Origin: a virus
DNA: 64,000 nt
Strand: one strand, 5' to 3'
IMG/VR virus record: IMGVR_UViG_3300008117_004020
Coordinates: 1-64,000 of that record
The notes below the pieces were generated by a model that made no database searches, was not told where the DNA came from, and worked only from the letters and a program-made list of their open reading frames with translations. The first letter of the stretch is position 1; each line of letters opens with the position of its first letter. Positions 45,478 to 54,266 of this stretch are shown in pieces. The position numbers and the translations under genes were made by a program.

Positions 45478-45679
45478 AGTGATAAACAGAGTGTTGCTCT
45501 CAGGAGCATTCTCTGTTATGTTGTGGATGATTGTGGATATATTTCTGATAAATATTCCTTTCTGGAAGTGTTTTATTTTTGAAATTATTACTATTATCTT
45601 AACAAAATTATATATCTTTGTATGCACTAAACTAGGTTTAGTAAACTACACATATGGCCAACCTAATACACATCAGTGA
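45458..45679 (+). CDS. Two-TM membrane protein
   Basis: Hydrophobic, 73 aa. Confidence 0.5.
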   Translation: MKVMDHRVINRVLLSGAFSVMLWMIVDIFLINIPFWKCFIFEIITIILTKLYIFVCTKLGLVNYTYGQPNTHQ

Positions 45680-46589
45680 TGTCTACCAAGCAGGTCTCAC
45701 TTATATAGATCAACGCAAGAAAGGTGTTATCAAAAGCATCAAAACTCCATGGTCAAAGCTTAATGACATGACTATGAATGGTTTTGAGTGGAATAATATT
45801 ATTGTTATTGGAGGAAGACCTGGTTCAGGTAAAACCATGTTTACTAATATTATTACGCGTGATGCATTTAAAAACAATCCAGACCAAGAGTTTGGTGTAT
45901 TAGATTTTCAGTTTGAAATGATCTCTCGCAGTATTGCATTAAGAGAAATAGCAGCTCAGTTAGGTAAGGACATGAGAGTTTTATCTAGCTGCTACAATCC
46001 CATATCAGATGAAGATTTTACTGCTGCATACAAATATGCTCAGGAAAATAGACATAGGAACATATGGACTGTAGATAAGCCTTTGACAGTCAAAGAGATT
46101 CAACTTAAGATTGAAGAAGCGCTTAAGCTATATAACATGCCTTTTATTGTCACTTTAGACCACTCTGTGCTTGTAGCAAAAGGATCCACTGAAAAAGATC
46201 AGTTTGATACTCTGCACAATCTGTCTAAGATGATGACTCAGATGAAAAAACTTCCTGTAATGTTTATCGTTCTAACCCAACTAAATAGGGAAGTTGAGTC
46301 TGTAGAAAGACAAAGACCTGGTGTTTATGGTAATTACCTATTTGATTCAGACATATATGGAGGAGACGCTCTGCTGCAACACGCAGATCTTGTGTTAGGA
46401 CTTAACAAACCTTCCAAGTATAATCTTAACGTATATGGTCCAGAAAGACATCAGGTGAAACCTAATCATATAGTGCTACACTATCTTAAGAATAGAAATG
46501 GAGAGGCTGGTAAGTTTAGTTTCTTTGAGGAAGACTTTGCTCATGGTAGACTATACCAGGTAGAAGCTCCTGCCACAGTAAGATCATAA
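45654..46589 (+). CDS. dnaB: DnaB-like replicative helicase (ATPase domain only)
   Basis: GGRPGSGKT, FEM, LDH, LTQLNR, Q.AD.V, KNRNG. Confidence 0.92.
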   Translation: MANLIHISDVYQAGLTYIDQRKKGVIKSIKTPWSKLNDMTMNGFEWNNIIVIGGRPGSGKTMFTNIITRDAFKNNPDQEFGVLDFQFEMISRSIALREIAAQLGKDMRVLSSCYNPISDEDFTAAYKYAQENRHRNIWTVDKPLTVKEIQLKIEEALKLYNMPFIVTLDHSVLVAKGSTEKDQFDTLHNLSKMMTQMKKLPVMFIVLTQLNREVESVERQRPGVYGNYLFDSDIYGGDALLQHADLVLGLNKPSKYNLNVYGPERHQVKPNHIVLHYLKNRNGEAGKFSFFEEDFAHGRLYQVEAPATVRS

Positions 46590-46599
46590 ATTATATAAT

Positions 46600-47172
46600 A
46601 TGAAAGAAAAAGTAAAATTAGACAGAGACGTAGTATTAACAGCGTTAAAACAAAGAAATGAAGAAAACTTTAAAAACTTAGGGTTGCTAGACCCCTATTT
46701 TGTAGCAAAACTAGCATACAAACCTACAGGTAAAAATGAAATGCTGGTGAGCATGTTCATCTCTGAACTAGAAAGAAAAGATGGTGTGTACATTGAGTTC
46801 ATAGACTTTGACAATCATCCAGTTCATGACAAGCCTGTATTATATAAGTATAGACACAATCCTTATTACAAGACTGAGTATGTGTATGACCCTCCAAGAG
46901 AGAAGAAGAACTTTGAGACATACCTTGTGCCAGTATCAGAGCTTGAGATTGTAGGAGGTAAGCTTCCTATGGACATATCAGAGCCTAAAGTGGAGGTAAA
47001 ACCCAAGATATCTATTCCAGCTGAAATGAGGCAAGAGAATGAATCTCCTTTATCAGAGAAGGAAGATGTGCATTACTCTGAACTTACAGTGAGAGATATT
47101 GCAGCAATGATATTAAAAAAGCCTGTTAGTAATAAAAAATGGTTAAATCAATTAATAGCACAATCAATTTAA
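46600..47172 (+). CDS. Conserved replication-block protein
   Basis: YLVPVSEL, TVRD.AAM..KKPVS.K.WLN. Confidence 0.6.
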   Translation: MKEKVKLDRDVVLTALKQRNEENFKNLGLLDPYFVAKLAYKPTGKNEMLVSMFISELERKDGVYIEFIDFDNHPVHDKPVLYKYRHNPYYKTEYVYDPPREKKNFETYLVPVSELEIVGGKLPMDISEPKVEVKPKISIPAEMRQENESPLSEKEDVHYSELTVRDIAAMILKKPVSNKKWLNQLIAQSI

Positions 47173-47176
47173 AATT

Positions 47177-47860
47177 ATGGCACAATCAGTATTAGTTATC
47201 GCAGAGTCTGGATGTGGGAAGTCTACATCCATAGAATCCCTAGATCCCAAAGAAACATTCATTATTAACGTAGCAAATAAACCTCTACCATTTAAAGGTT
47301 GGAAGACTAAATATCCTATATTTGACTTAATTTCTAAGAAAGGAAATTGTGCAAATGTTAGTGCTCCTAAGGATATAGAAGCAGTCTTGAAGATCATTAA
47401 CAATGAGCGCAAGGAGATTAAAAATGTGGTTATTGATGATTTCCAGTATATGAGTTCATTTGAGTTCTTTAACAGGGCAGCAGAGAAAGGCTATGAGAAG
47501 TTTACACAAATGGGTGCTGCATTGGCACACATCGCTAAACTTCCTATATTAATGAGGGATGATTTGATGGTGTTCTACCTAACTCATGCAGAAGATGCCA
47601 CTGATTTAGATGGAAAAAGAAAAGTTAAAGCAAAAACTATTGGGAAATTAGTAGATGATAAGCTAACTTTGGAAGGTCTTTACTCTATTGTCCTTTTTGG
47701 TAAGGTTAAAAAAGATAAAGATGGTAACTTGAGATATGTATTTGAGACCCAAAACAATGGTGAGAATACATGTAAGAGTCCTAGAGGAATGTTTAGTACA
47801 TTTGAGATCCCAAATGATTTAAACTTTGTTAAAAACGCAATTATAGAATACGAAAAATAA
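47177..47860 (+). CDS. AAA_24-type P-loop ATPase
   Basis: AESGCGKST, KPLPFKG, VIDDFQY, KTIGK, CKSP.G.F. Confidence 0.85.
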   Translation: MAQSVLVIAESGCGKSTSIESLDPKETFIINVANKPLPFKGWKTKYPIFDLISKKGNCANVSAPKDIEAVLKIINNERKEIKNVVIDDFQYMSSFEFFNRAAEKGYEKFTQMGAALAHIAKLPILMRDDLMVFYLTHAEDATDLDGKRKVKAKTIGKLVDDKLTLEGLYSIVLFGKVKKDKDGNLRYVFETQNNGENTCKSPRGMFSTFEIPNDLNFVKNAIIEYEK

Positions 47861-47871
47861 AATTTAAAACT

Positions 47872-48561
47872 ATGTTAAGTACAAAAGACATCCCAGTAAG
47901 TTCTGGCAAAACTCCTAAAACATTAAGACCTGGTAATGTAAATGCTAAAATCATTGACATCTCCTTGCAGCCATTGAAAAGTGATCCCCAAGCGTATTAT
48001 TTGATGCTTCATCTTGAGGGTGAAGACCAAGGTCCTGATTTTGAAGGATTCTTATATGACAAAGACAATCCTAATAAGGGTAGAGCAAAAGGTCAAGTGG
48101 GTAAGGTGAGATATTCCATCTATCCATATAGAGATGGTTTCACTAAAGCAGGTAAACCTAAGAACAGAGATATGGACATTCTGCGTTCTCTTGTAGAAAT
48201 CGCCACTCTCACTAATACAAGAGATCAAGTGAATAGTATTGAGGCTCAAACTATTGAGGAATTTGTCAAAATTGCAGCTAAAGCTGTATGCAGTGATAAG
48301 TTTTATTATTTCTGTATTGGTGGCAGTGCATATGTAAAAGATGATGGAAACAAAGACTTTACATTGAATCTTCCTAAGTATGATAAGAATTACAAGTATT
48401 TTGAGCCTATGGGTAACACCCCATCTCAAGTTGCTGTATTTGATTATGCCACACATGTGGAAGATAAAACAGAGTCCACTCCTAAGTCTGAACCTACATC
48501 AGGATGGGGAGCTGGAGAAACTAAATCAGATGGCTGGAAACCTACAGGCTTTAATATTTAA
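47872..48561 (+). CDS. Putative single-stranded DNA-binding protein
   Basis: Between ATPase and primase; beta-rich with a flexible tail. Confidence 0.45.
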   Translation: MLSTKDIPVSSGKTPKTLRPGNVNAKIIDISLQPLKSDPQAYYLMLHLEGEDQGPDFEGFLYDKDNPNKGRAKGQVGKVRYSIYPYRDGFTKAGKPKNRDMDILRSLVEIATLTNTRDQVNSIEAQTIEEFVKIAAKAVCSDKFYYFCIGGSAYVKDDGNKDFTLNLPKYDKNYKYFEPMGNTPSQVAVFDYATHVEDKTESTPKSEPTSGWGAGETKSDGWKPTGFNI

Positions 48562-48608
48562 TAAATTAAAGGGTGGGGGAACAGTCTCTCACCCTTATTT
48601 TTTATTTT

Positions 48609-49589
48609 ATGTTGTCTACAAAACATCTTGTACAAAATTATAGAGATGTTCCTACAAATTGGATTTTTGAGTATTATTGTAAACTACCTGAGAAACTGGT
48701 TGGTCAAGATGTAAAAATACATTCTTTATTCAATCCTAAAGATAAGACGCCAAGTATGTGCGTCTTTTTTCATCAGCAAGATTCTAAGTATTATTTTAAA
48801 GATTTCTCAACTGGTAAGGGTGGTACAGCTTTAAAGCTGGTACAAGAACTATTCAAAGAGAACATTAAAGAAGCATCTGGCAGAGTTATAAGTGATTATA
48901 ACCAGTATGTGTTATTACATAATGGCACTGAGCATTCTATTGCAGAATTTAAAGCTCACAGTCGTTACAAAGTGGTCGTTGCTACACCTAGAATGTGGAT
49001 GACTCATGACAAGAACTATTGGACTGAGTATGGTATATCCTCTAAATTATTAGAGAAATACAACATCCGCCCATTACAGTCCTATAAAATGGAAAAGACT
49101 GAAGATGGTGAACTTAAAAGTCTTGAGATAACAGGATCTTATATTTATGGATTTTACAAAAACAATGGGGAGATATACAAAATATATCAACCTAAAGTGA
49201 AAGAGTATAAGTTCATAAAGATTGCTCCTTACATTCAGGGCTATGAACAATTAGAAAAACACCAATTTTTATTAATTTGTTCAAGTTTAAAAGATGCTTT
49301 AACTATTAAATCAGCTGGTCTTGCTATTGATGTTATTGCTCCTGATTCAGAAAATACTCTCATCAAAGAAGAAATCCTACAAGAATTATCAGATAGATAT
49401 AAAAAAATCATAACTTTATTTGATAATGATGATGCGGGTGTTGCTGCTATGAAGAAGTATAAAGAGTTATATAATTTTGACTATGTATATTTTGACATGG
49501 AAAAGGATGTTGCTGACGCTGTAAAAAAGTATGGAGTATCAGCTGCGTTTGTCAAGTTGATACCTGCTATTAACAAAAAGCTTAATTGA
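48609..49589 (+). CDS. dnaG: DnaG-type primase
   Basis: DKTPS, FKDFSTG, SSLKD, FDNDDAG (TOPRIM), KDVAD; start re-called. Confidence 0.85.
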   Translation: MLSTKHLVQNYRDVPTNWIFEYYCKLPEKLVGQDVKIHSLFNPKDKTPSMCVFFHQQDSKYYFKDFSTGKGGTALKLVQELFKENIKEASGRVISDYNQYVLLHNGTEHSIAEFKAHSRYKVVVATPRMWMTHDKNYWTEYGISSKLLEKYNIRPLQSYKMEKTEDGELKSLEITGSYIYGFYKNNGEIYKIYQPKVKEYKFIKIAPYIQGYEQLEKHQFLLICSSLKDALTIKSAGLAIDVIAPDSENTLIKEEILQELSDRYKKIITLFDNDDAGVAAMKKYKELYNFDYVYFDMEKDVADAVKKYGVSAAFVKLIPAINKKLN

Positions 49590-49975
49590 TGGCAAAGAAA
49601 AAATCCAGAGTGGTAAAGACTAGAAATGCTGGCACTATGAGTGAATCAGCATTCTGGTCCTTTATTAGATCAGCCCTAAGGCAAAAGAGTAGATGGTGGA
49701 AGCCTATAGCATTGCGTAAACAAATGTCTAAAAGGAAATATGTTGGACCCAAACAGGGTAAAAATAGACAGCAATGGGAATATCAATGTGCTAGTTGTTT
49801 AGACTGGTTCCCTGATAAAAACATTAATGTTGACCATATTGTTCCAGCTGGTACACTCAGATGTGCTAATGATCTACCTGGATTTGTAGAAAGACTTTTT
49901 TGCGAAATTGATAATCTTCAAGTGCTTTGTTCAACTTGCCATGATAAAAAAACTAAGTCAGAAAAAAAGCGATAA
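49589..49975 (+). CDS. HNH endonuclease
   Basis: YQCASC, VDHIVP, NLQVLC..CH..KT. Confidence 0.85.
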   Translation: MAKKKSRVVKTRNAGTMSESAFWSFIRSALRQKSRWWKPIALRKQMSKRKYVGPKQGKNRQQWEYQCASCLDWFPDKNINVDHIVPAGTLRCANDLPGFVERLFCEIDNLQVLCSTCHDKKTKSEKKR

Positions 49976-50501
49976 CGAGTTGATTCAAGCATATCTCAAT
50001 GGAGATGCTAAAGCTTTTGATACACTTTATAAGAGATATCTAGGATTTCTCATCACTATAGCTAAAGCATACGCATGGGACAAATGTCTCGTAAAAGACT
50101 ATGTACAAGATACATGGTTAAAAGCTGTTAGTAGCTTTGATAAATTTGATGGTAAAAACTTCAAATCTTGGATAAGCAGAATAGCAATTAACATATGTAT
50201 TGATAGATATAGACAAAAAATGCGTAGACCTACAGATTATGAGAACACCTTTCCTACTATCTCATATACAAATAACATGTCATATATCAAGGATAAGGAA
50301 GAAAAGCTTGCTCTTGTATTAGAGAAGATTAAACTTCTAAATCCTACACAAAGAGATGTTATATTGTTAAGAATGAAAGATGTTGATTATAAAGTGATTA
50401 TGCAGAAATTAGATAAGCCCTTAGGTACATGCTTGTCAGCCTTTAGGGTGGGGGTTAACAGAATTAAAAAACTAATAGAACAAGATGAAAACGAAGAATG
50501 A
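49941..50501 (+). CDS. ECF-type sigma-70 factor
   Basis: GD..AF..LY.RY, D.VQDT..K, FKSW..IA.N..ID..R, L...QR.VI.L; start re-called. Confidence 0.85.
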   Translation: MIKKLSQKKSDNELIQAYLNGDAKAFDTLYKRYLGFLITIAKAYAWDKCLVKDYVQDTWLKAVSSFDKFDGKNFKSWISRIAINICIDRYRQKMRRPTDYENTFPTISYTNNMSYIKDKEEKLALVLEKIKLLNPTQRDVILLRMKDVDYKVIMQKLDKPLGTCLSAFRVGVNRIKKLIEQDENEE

Positions 50502-50694
50502 TCTTATAGAAATGGTTGTAGAGCAAATACAGCTCGATGTCCATTGTGGAGATGTTACAGCTATAGAAGAGCTGGTTAAAACATGTCCTATAGAAAATTT
50601 AGTTGCTTATCTACCAGATGATGAATGGAAAAAGTATTCACATCTAATAACAGAAGAATATTTAAAAAGAGAAGAAGATGACAGAACTTCATAA
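50485..50694 (+). CDS. Hypothetical protein
   Basis: 69 aa. Confidence 0.6.
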   Translation: MKTKNDLIEMVVEQIQLDVHCGDVTAIEELVKTCPIENLVAYLPDDEWKKYSHLITEEYLKREEDDRTS

Positions 50695-50866
50695 CACAAT
50701 AATGGGTAGGAAGCTTATAGAACATGATATACCAGAAATAGCTAAACAACTTAAGAGAATAGCTGATATATTAGAAAAGCAAAAGATAAAAGAGTTGATG
50801 GAGCTATATCCTAATGATCAGGATTTAGGTAAAAAGATCAGAGAACATTACACTATTATGAAATGA
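50678..50866 (+). CDS. Hypothetical protein
   Basis: 62 aa; YPNDQDLG motif. Confidence 0.6.
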   Translation: MTELHNTIMGRKLIEHDIPEIAKQLKRIADILEKQKIKELMELYPNDQDLGKKIREHYTIMK

Positions 50867-51714
50867 AGATAATCAATCAAAAGACCAAAACTCTTACAAC
50901 TAGAGATAATGGGAGAAGCTCAGATGCAGTTTCTCCCAATTTTATCTATGGTTGTTTAGGGGGTTGTATGAAGTCCTATTGCTATGTAGGAAGATATAAC
51001 CATGACAAAGTGTATATAAACCAGAATATAGAAAACATTCTAAATTCTATTTCAAAGTGGGCAGCTGATAGACCATGGCCTAAAGTTGCTAATCAAACAG
51101 ATGACACTTATTATACAATAGATATAGGATGTAGCACAGATGTACCCTTATTAGGTAAGCACTATGACTGGCAAAAAGTGTTTGATTTCTTTAATGATTC
51201 TCCAAAACTAAAGAGCACTTTTGCCACTAAGTATCCTACCAGATTTAAAGCAGATGAGTATAAGTTGTCACCAGGTAAGCATAGGATTAGAGTGAGTCTG
51301 ATGCCTCAGAAGTATTCTGATATACTAGAACCTGGTACAGATCTTATATCTGATCGCATACAATCTATACCAAATCTTCAAAAGTATATGGAAGTACATA
51401 TAAACTTCAGTCCTATTATATACACAGAGGGTTGGTTAGAAGAGTATGAAAGTTTATTTCAGGAACTAAAAACTGCTGGTGTTGATGTAAAATGTGAGTG
51501 TATTTTCTTAACTTACAATGTTATTCAGCATGAGCGTAATGAGTCTGAAATAGACAATATGCTATGGCAGCCAGATATACAAGAGGCTAAAGATTCTCAA
51601 TATGCTCCAGATAACATAAGGTATAAATATCAACTAAAAGCGAAGATGGTTAAAGATTTTACAGAGCTTTATAGTCATTACTTTAATCCTTTAAATATTA
51701 GGTATATATTTTAA
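50863..51714 (+). CDS. Spore photoproduct lyase-like radical SAM protein
   Basis: R.NGRSSD...P....GC...C....CYV.R, DIGC.TD, FATK, RIRVSLMP, VH.NFSP.I, RYK. Confidence 0.8.
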   Translation: MKIINQKTKTLTTRDNGRSSDAVSPNFIYGCLGGCMKSYCYVGRYNHDKVYINQNIENILNSISKWAADRPWPKVANQTDDTYYTIDIGCSTDVPLLGKHYDWQKVFDFFNDSPKLKSTFATKYPTRFKADEYKLSPGKHRIRVSLMPQKYSDILEPGTDLISDRIQSIPNLQKYMEVHINFSPIIYTEGWLEEYESLFQELKTAGVDVKCECIFLTYNVIQHERNESEIDNMLWQPDIQEAKDSQYAPDNIRYKYQLKAKMVKDFTELYSHYFNPLNIRYIF

Positions 51715-51725
51715 ACTAAAAGCAT

Positions 51726-51929
51726 ATGGCAATTTACAAAGATGAGAGAGACCCTAATGATGAGATGTGGGAGCGTCAAGCCACTACAAATGATCAGAGA
51801 GTCATAATTGATCCTATCAATGTTCAAGCTCTAATCAACTTTCTTGAATATGAGGAAGCATTGACACAGGATCCACAAACAGCTAATAGAATCAGATTAT
51901 TATTACAAAAAATAAAAATATGGGACTAG
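51726..51929 (+). CDS. Hypothetical protein
   Basis: 67 aa. Confidence 0.55.
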   Translation: MAIYKDERDPNDEMWERQATTNDQRVIIDPINVQALINFLEYEEALTQDPQTANRIRLLLQKIKIWD

Positions 51930-52240
51930 AAGAAGAAGAAGTGAGAAGCTCTGACTCAGAGTTTATAAAAAACGTATATAAAAATGTTATACAAAAAGAT
52001 TATGATAAAGATATCAGGAAACTGAGCAAGTCTTTATTAAAGAAAATGGCAGAAGATGTTAAAAAATGGCGCACAGAAGGAAAAGGATATAGCTGGAGAT
52101 ACATTGCTATGCTGTTTGCAGACAAGTATCCAGAGTTTTCAGAGAAACACAATATAGTGGCTGAAAATCAACTATGTGGCATCTACTTATGTGAGGCAGC
52201 CATAATTAAATTAAATGAAACTGAACAAAATTGGAATTAA
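51920..52240 (+). CDS. Hypothetical protein
   Basis: 106 aa; SWR.IA and NQL.G..LC motifs. Confidence 0.6.
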   Translation: MGLEEEEVRSSDSEFIKNVYKNVIQKDYDKDIRKLSKSLLKKMAEDVKKWRTEGKGYSWRYIAMLFADKYPEFSEKHNIVAENQLCGIYLCEAAIIKLNETEQNWN

Positions 52241-53289
52241 TGAAAGTAACAACTATCACCCCTCAGCAGTTTGTTGAGGGTTTTAAGTCAGAAGAAGTGT
52301 TCTTTTATGACAAGAAGTTTTATTTTTCCTACAGTAGTATAAACAAGCTGTTGTATTGTCCAGAAATATTTTACAAAGAATATATACTGGGTGAAAAGGA
52401 TGTCAAAGATGAAACCTATCTCACTGAAGGAAGACTTATTCATTGTTTATTGCTTGAACCAGATAAGTTTGAGCAACAATTTATTGTAATGACAGGCAAG
52501 CTACCATCTGAGAATACAAAGATTGTAGTGGACAGGGTGTATTCCCATCATATAGAATTAAAGGCATCTGGGGTACACAAAGGTGACACTCTTGTTGATT
52601 ATCAAAACGCAGTGATTGATGTGCTTTTAGACATGAATCTCCATCAGAGTCTAAAGACTGATGACCAGAGATTTGCTAAGATATACACTTCAGATTCAGC
52701 CATCTATTGGGAGTTCTTAACTAAAAGCGAAGGTAAAACTATAGTGGATGCTCAGATGTATGAGAAAGTGAAAGCTATAGTGGAAAAGATTAGACAAGAC
52801 TCAAAGGTGAGTAAGCTTCTAAAACTTGATCATTCTTCTGAGTGGTGGTCTACAGTGGAGGTGTTCAACGAGCAGCCCTTAGAAATGGAACTTAAAAAGT
52901 ATCCTTTTGGACTAAAGGGTATTATAGACAATTTTGTAGTGGATCCTATAGAGTCAAAGATTTATGTCAATGACTTTAAAACCACTAGCAAAACCCTGGA
53001 GGATTTCCCTGAAACAATAAAGTTCTATAGATATGATATCCAAGCTGCAATATATAACTTATTGGTTGTCAATAAGTACGCAGATTTAATTAAACAAGGA
53101 TATAAAGTAGAATTTAGATTTGTTGTTATAGATAAGAACCAACAGATCTATCCATTCTCAGTTTCAGAGGCTACAATGAAGGAGTGGACAAAAGGGTTGC
53201 AAGAGATATTAAAAGTCTGCGACTATCATTATTCAAATAAAGATTACACACTTCCTTTTAAATTCAAGATGGAAGATGTAATTTTATAA
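52240..53289 (+). CDS. PD-(D/E)XK exonuclease (RecE/DUF3799-like)
   Basis: SYSS, G.LIH.LLLEP, KGIID, DFKTT, Y.IQAAIY. Confidence 0.85.
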   Translation: MKVTTITPQQFVEGFKSEEVFFYDKKFYFSYSSINKLLYCPEIFYKEYILGEKDVKDETYLTEGRLIHCLLLEPDKFEQQFIVMTGKLPSENTKIVVDRVYSHHIELKASGVHKGDTLVDYQNAVIDVLLDMNLHQSLKTDDQRFAKIYTSDSAIYWEFLTKSEGKTIVDAQMYEKVKAIVEKIRQDSKVSKLLKLDHSSEWWSTVEVFNEQPLEMELKKYPFGLKGIIDNFVVDPIESKIYVNDFKTTSKTLEDFPETIKFYRYDIQAAIYNLLVVNKYADLIKQGYKVEFRFVVIDKNQQIYPFSVSEATMKEWTKGLQEILKVCDYHYSNKDYTLPFKFKMEDVIL

Positions 53290-53300
53290 CAAATTTGACT

Positions 53301-53864
53301 ATGACTGACAAAGAATTCAAGATTAGATTTCTAAACAAGAAATACTTTCAGAAGTCTACATTCTTTTTGTATCCGCTATTAAATATTCCAAAGACTATTC
53401 TTCCCAAGAATACATACATCACTTGGGAAGATACTTATGGAATAGATGATCTTGTTTTTATTTGTAAATTTGATAAGTTTAATTCTGAGACTCAGATTAA
53501 AACTGAAAAAGTACATTTGAAAGGACACCCTCTTCTTAAGGAAACAATGACATTAGAAGATGGTGGAACTATTTATTTTTTCAAGTTTGAGAAATATTCC
53601 AAATTATGGCATAATTTTGTCAATGGTAAATATTCTAAGATCTCAAAGAATCACAAGCTTGAAATAATCAAGTTTTACAAAAAGGGATCATTTACTGGGA
53701 CCTTAATAAAAAGCTATCTGTTTCCTGAAGATTATTATGCAGACTATGCTGAGTTGTTAAATGTTCCTTTAGAAGTTTTGATGGAATCAGGTGAACTAGC
53801 GGATGCACCTGATTTAAAACAAGAGAATCTAAATTTAAAATCTTTAATTAAAAAACAAAAGTAA
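53301..53864 (+). CDS. Conserved hypothetical protein
   Basis: YFQKS..FLYPLL, GKYSK. Confidence 0.65.
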   Translation: MTDKEFKIRFLNKKYFQKSTFFLYPLLNIPKTILPKNTYITWEDTYGIDDLVFICKFDKFNSETQIKTEKVHLKGHPLLKETMTLEDGGTIYFFKFEKYSKLWHNFVNGKYSKISKNHKLEIIKFYKKGSFTGTLIKSYLFPEDYYADYAELLNVPLEVLMESGELADAPDLKQENLNLKSLIKKQK

Positions 53865-53867
53865 CAA

Positions 53868-54266
53868 ATGGAAAAATCAATGATGCTGTACACAACAGCA
53901 ACTAATGGTGCTAAGACATTTGGACTAATCCCTTTAAACGGGGATTGTCCTTTCAATGAAGCAATTTACATGCCTAATTTAGAAGCACTGGCTGTTTTGG
54001 GTAATAAAAACAGAGACACATTCACTATGTTAGAAAGACTGGATGAGAATGGTAATCCTTCAGGACAATCAGGTAAAGGTGGAGATCCTGCTAAACCTAA
54101 GATGCACAGAGTACAGATCTCATCACCATGGGAGTATTTTATTCATGAGCGTGAAGAAATCAAAGACTTTGTAAAAAGAATGGCAGTAAACGCAGATAGC
54201 TTTGATTATCAGCAGTTTATAAAGACAGAATCTGGTATTGAAATTGTAAGAGATATTGTACAATAA
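53868..54266 (+). CDS. Conserved hypothetical protein
   Basis: 132 aa; stop overlaps the polB start. Confidence 0.65.
   Translation: MEKSMMLYTTATNGAKTFGLIPLNGDCPFNEAIYMPNLEALAVLGNKNRDTFTMLERLDENGNPSGQSGKGGDPAKPKMHRVQISSPWEYFIHEREEIKDFVKRMAVNADSFDYQQFIKTESGIEIVRDIVQ

Noticed and set aside
45522-45540. Two imperfect DnaA boxes
   Set aside because: Each has a mismatch, they lie inside a coding region, and chance occurrence is plausible.
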